From positions 14,570,001 to 14,634,000 of the forward strand of contig NC_092671.1 of assembly GCF_964355755.1 (NCBI RefSeq): DNA of 64,000 nucleotides, in the 5' to 3' direction. Position 1 is the first letter of the stretch. Every line of letters starts with the position of its first letter. The notes beneath the pieces are model-generated. The model was not told the origin of the DNA. It was given only the letters and a program-made list of their open reading frames with translations, and made no database searches. Below, piece by piece: positions 50,707 through 64,000 of this stretch. This DNA comes from Antedon mediterranea. Lineage: Eukaryota > Animalia > Echinodermata. Made by a program: the position numbers and the translations under genes.

Positions 50707-51845
50707 TTTTTTTTTTTTTTTTTTTTTATTCAGTATATTACACAGAGGCGCCTTACAAGATGGAACCATCTTAGCTTCAAGGCGCCTCAGATTAACAAAT
50801 ACAACATTTTAAAACAACTAACAGAAACATCAATTAAATCTTCCAGAATTAACAAGAAATTGTTGTACATAATAAAATAATAAAGCATTTTCACAATTCG
50901 AAAGAAGATCGGAACCAAAAATAAAAATTTCACTTAAAAATGTAAAATTAAATGTTAAAGAAAAATCCTTGGCTAAGATATCCTCAATAATTGAGTTAGC
51001 GCTTACAAGTAGAATATCTCTTTGTGTATTATAATTAGGGCAGTAACATAAGAAATGAAGCGGATTCTCAACATTAAAGCCACAAGTACAATTTGGATTG
51101 TCCCGAAGTCTATGTAAGAATAAATGCGAATTGAGACAGCTGAAACCAAGTCGGATTCTAGTGTGAATTTGGTTAATCTTCTTATCACCTGTATCATAAT
51201 AAGAACGTTTTTTTGTTTCAAACAAATTGGATTTCAGTAGCAATTTTTTAAACTCAACAAGAAATGAGGAATTTTTTATTTCATTATTTAACTCATTCCA
51301 ATGTGTTATAATAGATGGGACAAAAGATAAACGATATGATGTGGTCTTACAAAATGGAATTATTATATTTCGGATGTTACGCAAGTTATAAACTTCAATA
51401 TTGTCAGAAAAATTAAATAAGGAGTAAAGATACACTGGTGTTAACTTATGAATAATTTTAAAAAACAGTATTAGGTTAAGAAATTGTCTACGTTTTTCCA
51501 ATGATAACCAGCCTAATTCTTGTCTTAATGCATTATGACTTGTATGTTTCCACGCACCAGTACATATTCTACCTGCAGAAATCTGGATATTTTCTAGTTC
51601 ATCACTTAATTTATCTGGGATATTACACCAAACAGGAGCTGCATATTCCATTAATGGTCTAACGTGTGATATGTAAATGTGACAGAGAGCCTGTCGAGGT
51701 AGAATATGTTTGACACGACGTAGCATATTTAAAGATAAAGACGCTTTGTTAATTACAGATTGGATATGGGAATCCCACTTGAGTTTTGCATTAAGCATTA
51801 CACCAAGATGCCTATGATCATTTACAAATTGTAGATTTACATTGT
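50707..51845 (-). mobile_element. 5'-truncated non-LTR retrotransposon (CR1/L2/Crack-like), ORF2 C-terminus with poly(A) tail
   Basis: HRHLGVMLNAKLKWDSHI, VRPLMEYAAPVW, ELGWLSLEKRR, SFVPSIITHWNEL, CTCG...HFLCYCP; 3' UTR hairpin 50745-50788; AATAAA merging into a ~22-nt A tail. Confidence 0.93.
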
Positions 51846-51856
51846 CTTTAAATACC

Positions 51857-54800
51857 TTAGTTATCTTCAATGGCTTTATAAGATTTCATTTCTTGTTTTG
51901 AAATATTTTCTTTGTTAGGATGATGAAACTGTTCCTCTGCTTTTGCAAACAATAAAAATATCGTCACTCCAAATAACTGTATTCCACCAATTATCTTAAA
52001 CATCAAAGACCATTGTCCGTATGTGTTCTTCATGAAAATAATGATGGTAATGATAGATTATAATAATAGGCCTGAATATATGGAAATGTTTATGACAATC
52101 ATTATTAGGCCTGTTGAGTTATCCGTTCAGTTTTCAAATCGTTAAAAAGTTGATGATGAAAGATCATGATGTAAGTATTACAGATTGTTATCTTATATAC
52201 ATTAATTTCTTTGAATTTATAATAGTATTATGCAAAGTATTAGCAAACTTACGTTATTGCTTATTAAAGCACCGATAAGTGTCGGTCCAACAAATCCAGA
52301 ACAACTTCCTACACTTGTCATGATTCCTATGATCACCCCTGAATAATGCTTCGTTATGTCCAATATGTTAGGCATGATACTCGAATGATTACATCCGAGT
52401 GTACCAAATGCCAATATGAGTGTAATCAGAGATAATATAGCACTATGTTTGAAAACGTCCATACAGATAAGTAAAAACGCACATAACCCAGTACCTATAA
52501 ACAAATATTATGCATAATATTGATTTACTGTGTTTCTATATTTCTTTTAATATGCATTAGGACGGTATCTACGAGTTTTAATAATGAATTGATTCGTTGA
52601 CAGCATAATCAACAGCGTTTATACTATGACTATATAACGATACTATTAATTGAGCGAGTGGCCGAGCGGTTAAGACAGTGGAACCGTAAATACGTAGCCA
52701 TAACATCGGCAGGGGTTCGAGGTTCACTCACTCCATGGTTCTGGTGGTAGAACGAGTCTTCTCGGATAAGGACTATAAACCGTAGGTCCAGTGTACACAT
52801 CTAGCTCGTGTGAACTTTAAAGAACCTAGTACATTTCGAGACGAGTAGGGGGTTACACCGGTGTATTAGTAGCCTACTGTACATCACAGCCACTGATCAT
52901 AACTGGGCCCTCTGGGAGACCAGTCTTTGACTGAAGAGGTTACCCAGTATTTAAATATATATTTCAATCTATTTCAATACTCGAATTCAGTTAAAATCAA
53001 GAACCGTTCACGACAATTCTATGAAAACTTACCTAGAAATGCGAACAGTTTCCTTGTTTGAAAAATAGTTAAGTATTTATGACGAATGATGAAGTCTGCA
53101 CATACACCAGAGGTTAGAGTAAAGAAGCAATCTGCAATACCTAGAATCGACATAAGCCATCCAGTCTAAATATTATAAGAAGTCCAACTATATATTATTA
53201 TATCCATGCCCATGCATTGGTAGACATGTATTCAGTATTTTATTGTTATAACTCACTTTCGAATCAGTGACGTCACACACCTTACGGTGGTGCGTCCATA
53301 CAAATATAAACAAAAACAAACAAAAGCAAAACAAATGAATTAGCACGACTTATTTTAGCAAAATACGTTACTTACTGTAATACTCTTACCGTTTTTAAGT
53401 CAAATCCAAATATTTCTGAGATAAATGTCGGAGCTTCAGTAATAATAAAATAAAAACCAAAACAATAAGCCAGGTAAACAAGGACTATCGCCCAGACAGC
53501 CGACGATTTAACTATACTCAGCAATGGAACCGATATGTTCTTTAAAAAACACAAAAAATTAATGATTTAGTGATTGACTACAATCTGTGTGAGGCCTTAT
53601 AAATCTAGCCATATAAAGTGAAACCATATTGTATGATACAACAGTAATAGCAGTGAACGCATAATATGCATTTATGTTAAAGATTTTTTTCTTCAAATTG
53701 TTGTTCTTGAATATGTCATTTTATTGTCGTAATAGTTATTTAATTTTAATCAAAAATTTGATCGAAAACAAATTATTTATCTGAAAAAACTTTTTGTCAT
53801 TTTATAGGTGATAAGTGATTAACTTATTAGAACTAACAAAAATGACCAATTCAACATCTGATTTTATTCATTTTCATTTTTCATATCTATGGGGGACAAT
53901 ACATCTTAAATTGTATTATGGTACCTTGTCTTTATTCTCTCCATCTCCAGTGTCAAAACCTTTTAAGTATTCGACCTCGTTACTCGATATAAACGGATCT
54001 TTTTCAGGAGTTTCGTAAATCAAAACAACCCATAATATTGCAGCAACAGCTCCAAATATACCTGGATTAAAATGTGAATATTTCAATTATTATGTATTAT
54101 TATTTATTATTATTATTTATTATTTGTTGTTATTTATGGTTGTTTGATGGTGGCTGTTGCCGGTTGTTGTTTGTTGCTGCTGCTGTTACTTTTGTTGTTG
54201 TTGTTATTATTAATATATTATTATAATAATAAGGTAAGATCTTGCAAACACAAACATACAAATCGTTTGTATAACGGATATTTTATTCTTTTATTATATA
54301 TTGTATGCTTAGTAATGATTTGTTTTTAAAGTTAAACAAAATGTGGATGTTACTACCGCACACAACATAATACAAACAAGAATTGTTTGCAGGAAAGTTC
54401 TTGATCAGAATAGTATATGTATATGTCTATTATAAAATCTGCGTGAAACAAAATAAAATTAAAAGGTATATAGGTCGTACTGTATGTATAAAATGATAAT
54501 GGCCAATTGTATGCAGAACAAATCCAAGCAGAAAGAGGGTTAGAGATGACCTCAGCTAATGCCAAACCTACGAAACAATCAGTGATATCTATTAAGTTAC
54601 AGCATAGAGATATTATAATCTCTATGGTTACAGTGAATAGAAACAAATATTAAAATCGTATAATACTTTAAGAATTGGGTATCACACAGACATTAAATCA
54701 TCATGATTGATTTGGGCTTAGTCTAGATTCAAAATCGTTTTATGTAATCCAATACAAAAATTCATATAATTTACAAAAAAACTATAAAATGAATCAGGTA

Positions 54801-56608
54801 GACTTTCATTACAGCCTATATGATAATATCAAATAATATTATAATTAGGCCTAGGCCCTATATCCGGTAACAGTTCGTGCGGTATTCCCATTATGGAGTT
54901 ATATAATTCGTGTAAAATGTATCAATGAAACTCCATTAACACGGAGTTACTGTGGGCAAATGAACAAATCATTTAAAGAAGATAATGAAAGTAATTTACC
55001 AAAAAAAGCAATGGATACAAGAGTACTTCGTTCATGTGGAACAGCCCACTTTCCCAGTAACACCACCGTTGCCGCATTGTTTAATCCCTGAAAAGAAAAG
55101 TTTCCGCTCAACCGCCTTTCCGGTCTTCCATATGTATATAATTTTATAATTTTTTTCGGAACTTCACTTTTGTAACAGTGGCACACTTCACATTTTGAAG
55201 GTGCGTCCAACAATATATAATAAATGAAAGCACAATATAGACAAAAACATAGATAATCTTACTTAATCTACATACGGTAACATCTAATAAACTCATTCAT
55301 TCCTTCCCTCTTCTTCTCCAAATATAAGTACAACATGTAATTTAAATACAGTACATGATTATCACTAATACCCCCCCCCCCTCCACAACCTTACTTACAA
55401 CATGAAGGAAATATAAAATAAATAAACAAAATTACAACATAGAGATATTGATAGTTCACATAATATCTGAGTCATGAGTCATTTGAGAAATAACAGATTA
55501 TAATAATCTTTAATTTTTGTTTTCCGCTTAACGTTTACCGCTATTTCTTCATAGCAGTATGACTATAACTTATAACATTGCGAAAAGAACCTTAAAATAC
55601 AGGTGTTATTTTCTTTGTATGATGGAATTTAATTTCAATGCCCATCATACAAAGAAAATAACATTGATTCAATGAATATTAGTGATTTTCATTGCACTTT
55701 TAGGCCTACAACTAGAAAAAAATAATTTAAAAAGCATTATTATTATTACCATCATTATTATTACCACCATTATTATTATTATTATCATTATTAAACCAAA
55801 AGAGTTAATCAATAATATTCAAATGGAATTTTATTGCACTTCAATTACTCATTAATAATACTATACGTAGATTATTCAGACTAACCTGTGCCATGCCGTC
55901 TAGTACACGTAGAACTATTAGAAGATTACTGCTAACTCCAGCTGACCAAGGTATCAGTGCTGTAAGAATACTTGACGAAATAAGTGAAAATAGATTAACT
56001 CGTTTCCCACCTAGTCTACAAGCGATCCATCCACCGGGAACGGGTGCTATGGTATAGCCATAGAAGAAACCACTAAGTATCATTTGACGTGTTTCTTTAT
56101 CCCAGACGTAAGTTGGTACCTATATTGACAATAACAAGATCGATTATGCCGTCCTAACCCATCATAGAGATTAATTTACAAAAAAAAGAACTTTAATTAA
56201 AGTTATTATATATAGGCCTACTATGATATGATAAGTTTCTTTCTTCAATGCTCTCTTTACTTGGTACTGGTTGCATTGATCCCTTTGCAGATAAACTGGG
56301 ATCGGGTACAGGCGAAGTGTCAAGACAAAATGTGCAAAAACGTATATATAACAATTAAAAGGAAAACTGAGGATTAAAACCCAATGCTTATTGAAAAAAT
56401 ACTAAAATGAAAGAAAAAACTAATCTTGGTGTCAATGTGTTTAGACTTCGAAACCTACCTTTGTTGTCAAAGTGACATTTGAAGCGTCTTCTTCGGTCAA
56501 ATTCTGAGTTTGGACCATTTCGATTATGGCAATATTTATATTGACTCTCATGCATAGCAAACACAATTTTATCATGGAACACATTCCCGCTACTAAAAAA
56601 CGCTTCAT
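51857..56608 (-). CDS. SLC17/sialin-like anion transporter, copy A
   Basis: MKRFLVAGMC...MRVNINIAI, ILSGFFYGY...PGGWIACRLGGKR, KWAVPHERS, SSAVWAI, LDITKHYSGVIIG; ends KAIEDN stop. Confidence 0.9.
52652..52950 (+). mobile_element. tRNA-derived SINE with Deu/Nin-like central domain
   Basis: A-box TGGCCGAGCGG, B-box GGTTCGAGG; body TCGGATAAGGACTATAAACCGTAGGTCC...TTAAAGAACC...GAGTAGGGG...CCGGTGT resembles the Deu domain; 3' stem-loop CTGGG...CCCAG. Confidence 0.85.
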
Positions 56609-57114
56609 GTTAGCAATTTCGCTTATTTCGCTGACAATTCAATCCGGGATCCAACCCTATTCGTTATTTCTTTTAAAAATTATCTCTAGAATAACGTCTA
56701 CCGGTTAGCAGCCTTGATATACCATTGATCGACTGGTATAGCCTACGGTCTACTTGAATGAATTTGAATAATGGACGTTTCAAAAGACAATTCACAGTGC
56801 TGTATCTCCACAGTTTCCGGGGTATCATAGGAATATTTGGTAATACAGCATATAATTCATATCACATGCGATGCCTTTATCATGTCAGGGGCGGACCCAG
56901 GGGTGTTGCCCTACTGGCCCGGGCAACACCCTTAATTTCATACTAAATGTTGTTTCTGCCACTAAATTAAAATTGAGTAAATCCATCCGGACCAGGAACT
57001 TAATAGGCTTAGTCATAAAGTAGTTACAGAGTTGCAGGGCATCATTGTTGAATGTTTTGATGTTAGCTTAATTGTTAAAATTGGTAAAGAAGTAATTCTA
57101 GCGCCAACGAATTA

Positions 57115-57361
57115 AAGCCTGTCTTCTCTGTCGACGTTAGTCGACGATATCGTCGTTGATTGATAAAGCCTGTTTTCCTGTCGACAGGAAAACAGGCTTT
57201 ACAGTTCAACGACGATCGTTTGAAAACGATCAAGTTGAAATGATAGCGAGCGAGTACCCTTTTCTGTAAATCGTTAACATTTCAATGTTTACGTAGAAGA
57301 TCGCCATTCGCCGATTATTGTTAACGATAGCGTCGACTAACGTAGACAGGAAAACAGGCTT
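57115..57361. mobile_element. MITE with an internal mini-copy of its own termini
   Basis: AAGCCTGTCTTCTCTGTCGACGTTAGTCGACG ... CGTCGACTAACGTAGACAGGAAAACAGGCTT; internal perfect palindrome AAAGCCTGTTTTCCTGTCGACAGGAAAACAGGCTTT at ~57165-57200. Confidence 0.85.
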
Positions 57362-58098
57362 TAACGACCTTCACAACCAAAATATTTCTTTGTAACACAA
57401 TTTATTTTAAATGGAACGCTACAAAAATTTAGAAATCCCGTTGGCTTTGGAATTAAAGTAACAAAGATGGAATACTAATTCTTTGTGTATATCATCTATA
57501 TATAATATTTGTAATTGCGCTAGCTCATTAGTAAGCAGTATACGATTCTTTCAAATAATTCGGTGAAGTATATGCGAAGTACACTAAGGACACTTGAAGG
57601 ACCCGTGACCCGTGACGGCGGAAAGTTTATACAGCAAATCAGTTTGCTTCTGTTTTCTTTGTTAGGCCTAATCCCGTCACCGTCACGGAAGTTTGTTTTT
57701 TGTTTTGTTATATTTCTGTATTGAGGAAATAAATGAAAAGAAATGAAATTAAACGAAATTGTGTTCAGAATAAATACGACACTCATATTAACTTTTTACC
57801 GTTTAACATTGAACACTGTGTTGTTTCTTGTCTGTTTACAATACATGTTCAAACGATGAAATAATTGTTGTTGTAATAGAATAAATTTTCTTGAAACAAT
57901 AAAACAGAATGAAAAATATACATAGGTTCTTGTTTTGAAATACTGAATGTAGCCTATTTAAAGTCAAATAGTTAACAAATTTAGCAATCCCGTTGGCTTT
58001 GAAATTAAAGTAACAATGATGGAATACTAATAATGGTAATATCTTATCAGATTAATCAATATATAAGGTGATTAAACGTATCACTCATTATAAGTTCA

Positions 58099-61000
58099 CT
58101 ATTCAGTATCTTTTATACTTTCATACGATTTCATTTCTTGTTTGGATATGTTTTCTTCGATGGAATGAAACTGCTCCTCTGCTTTTGCAAACAACAAAAA
58201 TATCAACAGTCCAAACAACTGTATTCCCGCAATTATCTTAAACATCAAGTACCACTGATCATTTGTGTTCTGAAAATGAATAATAATAAAATGGTGATAA
58301 TGGATAGGCCCCAAAGGGGTTACAAAATGTAATCCTGCAATACAGAGTGATTAAGACAATAATTTGCAAACTTACTTTTTTCTTTAATAATGCAGCAAAT
58401 AATGATGGCCCTATAAATCCAGTAGAACTTGCTAAACATGTCATGATTCCTACGATCACTGATGAATAATGCTTCGTAATGTCCAATACGTTCGCCATAA
58501 AACAGGTATTGTAACATCCTAGTAACCCGAATGCTAGTATTAGCGTAATCAGGCATAATATAGCACTGTCTTGGAAAAATCCTATACAAATAAGTAAGAA
58601 AGCAGATAACCCCATACCTATAGAGAAAGAGAAATATTATATTAGTAAATGATTCTCATTCTTGATTTAAATTCTAATTCTGAAACATTATGATACATTA
58701 TGTGTCAAAATAAGTTTCCAGCCATCAAGTCATAAGTAGAAAGCTCATTCAAAATATCTGGAGGAAATAATTTCATATTTTTGATACTCAGAACTAGGTA
58801 TAAGTTCATTACTGTATTTTTATTTCATTCAAGTTATTAATATATAGGGAGCTTTCGATTTGCGACGACCGACGACCAAGCTAGGTCAGGTCAATCGATG
58901 TGTCGTCGGTCGTCGCCTATTCGAGTTTTGACCTAATATTAGTAAAAAAAAAATATTTTGGCACATGGCGTTTCATACGTATACTACTTCAGCTTGAAAC
59001 TTCAGACAAACATCTAACTTTAATAAACTAACTTTAAATGTCGAGGTGAGGAATGAGGACACGCGTCCCAATATTTTCTCTTGCGCACAATGAATTAACA
59101 TGACGTATAGTTTGGTAGTTGGTCGTCGCAAATCGAAAGCTCCCTATTATCATTCATATGGATGTTGTATTGTCTAATACTGATTGACAATACTCAATAA
59201 GAGGCTTATACTGTAATATCACTTCATGAAATTAAGAAATGATCTTTTACTGCAAATTGCGATCAGTTTCCTTGTTGGCAAAATAGTCAGCATTTCACGG
59301 CGAACAATGAAGTCGGCACATACACCAGAGAGCAGGGCAAATAAGCATTCCACAATACCTAGAATCAACATTAGCCACCCAATCTGTAAATATATATGGT
59401 TATATAAGTTTTTATTAGTCGGTTCCGCAACAACCAGTGACTGTCACTGACGACTCGTATTCATTTCGCAAAAATACTTTATATACACTTACCGTTTTTA
59501 CATCAAATTTTAAGACTTCGGAGATAAAGATCGGTGCTTCAGTAATAATAAAAAAGAAACCAAAAGCATTGCTACTGAAAGCAATGACTACCGCCCAAAC
59601 AGCTGACGATGTTAGTATACTCAACCATGGAGCCGATATTTTCTAAATGAAGAAAAAACCCATGATACATAAAGTAAAACTGCCAGAAGCTTTGGGGCAA
59701 CACTAGCCCTTCGTCAGTGCAAGTGAAAGTACTTGGACAAAGTCTCGATAGATAAATAAGGCAAGCGCTGATATCGTTGTCAGATTCACTCACCTTACAA
59801 GTTCGCACAAAATATAATGATAATCTTAATTTATATTTTTGTGTTTGTTATTGGTGTGCTTACAACATGTAACACCTATTAGGTATAATAATTATAACTA
59901 TTGAAATCGGACAGTGGTATTATTAAGCGTTATGGACAATACCTTATTTTTCTCTCCAACAGTTGTGTCAAAACTTTTCAAATATTCAACCTCGTTACTC
60001 GATATATACGGATCTTCATCAGGATTTTCGTAAATTAGGAAAATGCATAATATTGCAGTAACAGCTCCAAATGTACCTAAATATAATTTAATTCAATTGC
60101 CAATCATTTTAATAATAGTTTTGTTCACTTTAAAGAATAAATGAAAATAAGTAAAATACAAAAATAATATTGTTCAAGTTACTGTATGTATAAAATGACA
60201 ACGGCCATCCACCGAGTTTGTAGGCAGAACAAATCCAACCGGACAGTGGGTTACAGATAATCTCAGCCAATGCCACACCTGTATAAAAAAAACGTTCAAC
60301 GATTTGGTGTGAAACCATATCGAAGTGAATGAAGAAAATATCGGTCACAAAGAAGGCCAACTTTAATAACAGAATTTAAAAAAAAAAACATCGTATAAAT
60401 TTATTTCTAAATTAAGAACATAATCGCCATGTGGTATAATTACGTTGAAGAAAGCTAACGGTCGCATTATATTACTAATCAGAAGCTTTAATGTCTATTT
60501 ACCGGAATAGGCAATGGATACAAGTGTACTTCGTTCGTGTGCAACAGACCAGTTTGCCAGTATAATCAACATTGCCGGATTGTGTAATCCCTGAAAGTAA
60601 ATGTTTTCTTTTGGGTTTATTGTTATTGTTATATTGTGGTCATAACTTACAGTGAATTGTAAATGCTATAAACGCTATAACGCCATGCGTCTAAATGTAA
60701 ATGAAAGCTAAAAAGAAGTACAGTATGGCATCAATTATGAAATAAATGCTAACCTTAGTCTAGGTTCTAGACGGAGGTTTGACTTAATGTTAGCAAAAAG
60801 AAAAATATTGTTTCATACGTATGCTGCTTAATCTTGTATTTTCAGACAAAAATTTAAAAACCGAGTGGTGGACTAACATAAGAAAGACAATAACTATAGA
60901 CTTGAGACAAGTCTATACTAACCTGTGCCATGCCGTCTAGAACACGTAGAACTATTAGAAGATCAGTGCTAACTCCAGCTGACCAAGGTATCAGTGCTGT

Positions 61001-61921
61001 AAGAATACTTGACGAAAGAAGTGAAAATAGAATAACTCGTTTTCCACCAAGTCTGTGCGTCACCAATCCTCCAAGAAGTGCTGATACGCTATACCCATAG
61101 TAAACAGCACTAAGTATCATTTGACGTGTTTCTTCGCTCCAGGCGTAACTTGGTATCTATTGACAATAACAAAATTGGTTTAAAAAGGTCACGCATGTCA
61201 TCCTTCTGTGATACGTATACCCATCATGCTTGTGGAGATTAATTTAAAATAGAAAAGTCGCTAAATAAAACTTTTGTGGACTAATCATTGCAATTTCATT
61301 CATATTTACAGTTACTATACACATAAAATATAAAAACGGCGTTTTAGATTATACACGCAATAGCTTGTACCCACTTTTGTCAGATGTTTAGATTCTATAA
61401 CGTATCTTTTTTTTTTTTTTTTTTTTTTTTTTTTAGCTAGATACATGCTAGGTTATTGACGATGGGATTAACATACAAAACATTAATTCAAAATAAACAA
61501 ATTAATGAATACTAATTATGATTTGAAGCTTTAATACAATCCTCAATCCTCGCACTTTTTGGAGAAACATTTCTCGAAGGGAAGTTTAACCTTTTACAAG
61601 ATTACCGTACCTCAAATAAAGGGAATTTCCTAGTTTAGACCTACTCGCAATTTAAGAAAAAAATAAAAGGAAATACATTGTGTAAAATCCTATAAAATTT
61701 CTTCATTTGATAAATTATACGTTACGTTAGTTTATTTTTAAACTTACCTCTTTGTAAATAATTTCAGACCGTGTAGCCTTTGTTGTCAGAGTGACATTTA
61801 ACGCGTTGTTTTCGGTAGAATTTGGAACCATTTTGATTATAGCAATATTGAGATTTATTCTCATGCAATACAAACAAAACTTTACCATGGAACACATTCC
61901 AGCTACAAGATAACGCTTCAT
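58099..61921 (-). CDS. SLC17/sialin-like anion transporter, copy B
   Basis: Same exon series as copy A (MKRYLVAGMC..., ILSAVYYGY, NWSVAHERS, SSAVWAV, LDITKHYSSVIVG, ...SIKDTE stop). Confidence 0.9.
58846..59145. mobile_element. MITE (TIR AGGGAGCTTTCGATTTGCGACGAC)
   Basis: Perfect ~24-bp inverted termini; matching copy at 63558-63853. Confidence 0.9.
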
Positions 61922-62790
61922 ATTGGCGATGTTGTATGGTGCCAACAACAAACACTCCTGCTGCTCGCTATTATAGACGCTAACTTAGAATTGCCACAAT
62001 GGAAGAGTAGAGGTCAAATTTTATTATTGACGGTTTAATTTGTGTTTTCAATACACCTACTCGTCGATTTTTAAGCCGTTATATCGTTTGCATGCATTGA
62101 TGGATTTGAATAATATATATAACAATAGTCTTTCAATGAAAAATAGATATACAAAGCCTATATTGTACAGTAGCTAATCTGACATTCTTATTCTTAAAAT
62201 AAGTTTATTTCAATAAAAAGTTAAATAGCTCCAAAACCTATGTTTAGTTTATACACATTATTTATTTTAACATTTCTTCTTATAGACAATTATGATGATA
62301 TGTTTATACACATTTATTTTTTTATAAATCTATAAAATACAATTATAATTTAATTTGAATGCAATTAGTTCAACTAATAATTTGTTGTTTCTTATAATTT
62401 TATCTTATACTTTGGGTTTGTTTTCTTTTCTGTCTGTGTTTGCTAAGTTATTGTATCTCGTTATTAATTGCATTATATTATGTAATAAATGCTCTAATAC
62501 AAATTCATGAATGTTCTATTCTCTTTTTGCTGATTCTTCATTCACATGGTATTCTTATTCTGTTAATGTAGTGATTTCAAAACAAAACAAAGACCAACAA
62601 TTGTCGATTTCTTTCCAAGTCTCTCAATAATACGAACTCGAAGAATTTAGCCTAAATAAACACGAAGACGGCTGCAGTCACCAACAATTATATGCTTATA
62701 TACTATATACAACTAAGATTTTTTTTCTAGCATGTGCTCTTCATTTTAGACACTTTCTTTAGGCCACAAACTTAATAACCTTCTCGACAG

Positions 62791-64000
62791 TCACTCTTCA
62801 GTATCAACAACTTCTGCGGAAGCATCGTTTATAGAATTATAAGATTTCATTTCTTGTTTGGATATGTTTTCTTCGATGGAATGAAACTGCTCCTCTGCTT
62901 TTGCAAACAACAAAAATATTAACAGTCCAAACAACTGTATTCCCGCAATTATCTTAAACATCAAGTACCACTGATCATTTGTGTTCTGAAAATGAATAAT
63001 AATAAAATGGTTATAATGGATAGGAACCAAAGGGGTTACAAAATGTAATCCTGCAATACAGAGTGATTAATACAATAATTTGCAAATTTACTTTTTTCTT
63101 TAATAATGCAGCAAATAATGATGGCCCGATAAATCCAGTAGAACTTGCTAAACATGTCATGATTCCTACGATCACTGATGAATAATGCTTCGTAATGTCC
63201 AATACGTTCGCCATAAAACAGGTATTGTAACATCCTAGTAACCCGAATGCTAGTATTAGCGTAATCAGGCATAATATAGCACTGTCTTGGAAAAATCCTA
63301 TACAAATAAGTAAGAAAGCAGATAACCCCATACCTATAGAGAAAGAGAAATATTTTATTAGTAAATGATTCTCATTCTTGATTTGAATTCTAATTCTGAA
63401 ACATTATGATACATTATGTGTCAAAATAAGTTTCCAGCCACCAAGTCATAAGTAGAAAGCTCATTCAAACTATCTGGAGGAAATAATTTCATATTTTTGA
63501 TACTCAGAACTAGGTATAAGTTCATTACTGTATTTTTATTTCATTCAAGTTATTAATAGGGAGCTTTCGATTTGCGACGACCGACGACCAAGCTAGGTCA
63601 GGTCAATCGATGTGTCATCGGTCGTCGCCTATTCGAGTTTTGACCTAATATTAGTAAAAAAAAAAATTTTTGGCACATGGCGTTTCATACGTATACTACT
63701 TCAGCTTGAAACTTCAGACAAACATCTAACTTTAATAAACTAACTTTAAATGTCGAGGTGAGGAATGAGGACACGCGTCCCAATATTTTCACTTGCGCAC
63801 AATGAATTAACGTAATAGTTTGGTAGTCAGTCGTCGCAAATCGAAAGCTCCCTATTATCATTCATATGGATGTTGTATTGTCTAATACTGATTGACAATA
63901 CTCAATAAGAGGCTTATACTGTAATATCACTTCATGAAATTAAGAAATTTTACTGCAAATTGCGATCAGTTTCCTTGTTGGCAAAATAGTCAGCAATTCA
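62791..64000 (-). CDS. SLC17/sialin-like transporter, copy C (3' exons only; runs off right edge)
   Basis: Last exons nearly identical to copy B, with a different extreme C-terminus (NDASAEVVDTEE). Confidence 0.88.
63558..63853. mobile_element. MITE co-duplicated with the SLC17 intron
   Basis: Same element and same flanks as 58846-59145. Confidence 0.9.

Noticed and set aside
52652-52737. tRNA gene
   Set aside because: A and B boxes are present but there is no clean cloverleaf, and it continues into a SINE body.

Overview
AT-rich, intron-rich eukaryotic (metazoan) DNA, not prokaryotic. The genes and a Deu/Nin-type SINE fit a marine invertebrate, possibly an echinoderm (inference). Gene order: GUK1(-, runs off left edge), BECN1(+), NME8/TXNDC3-type Trx+3xNDK dynein chain(-), MAIP1(+), SLC22 organic cation transporter(+), DNAJB11(+), RAB3GAP1(-), BCDIN3D(+), a 61-aa DUF4748-like microprotein(-), two LINE 3' fragments, then a tandem array of three SLC17/sialin-like genes(-). 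There are three head-to-head gene pairs, many MITEs (some nested), a 37-bp minisatellite and a tRNA-derived SINE. The best unexplained signals are an orphan promoter with a spliced, apparently non-coding two-exon transcript between DNAJB11 and RAB3GAP1, a minimal type-I hammerhead ribozyme in a RAB3GAP1 intron, a putative internal first exon in NME8, a shared promoter grammar (AGAGGGCG motif plus TAGGCCTA clusters), an out-of-frame MAAP start on BCDIN3D, and a young LINE abutting an SLC17 stop codon. All gene models were assembled by eye and no database search was run. I found no clear multi-gene novel system.
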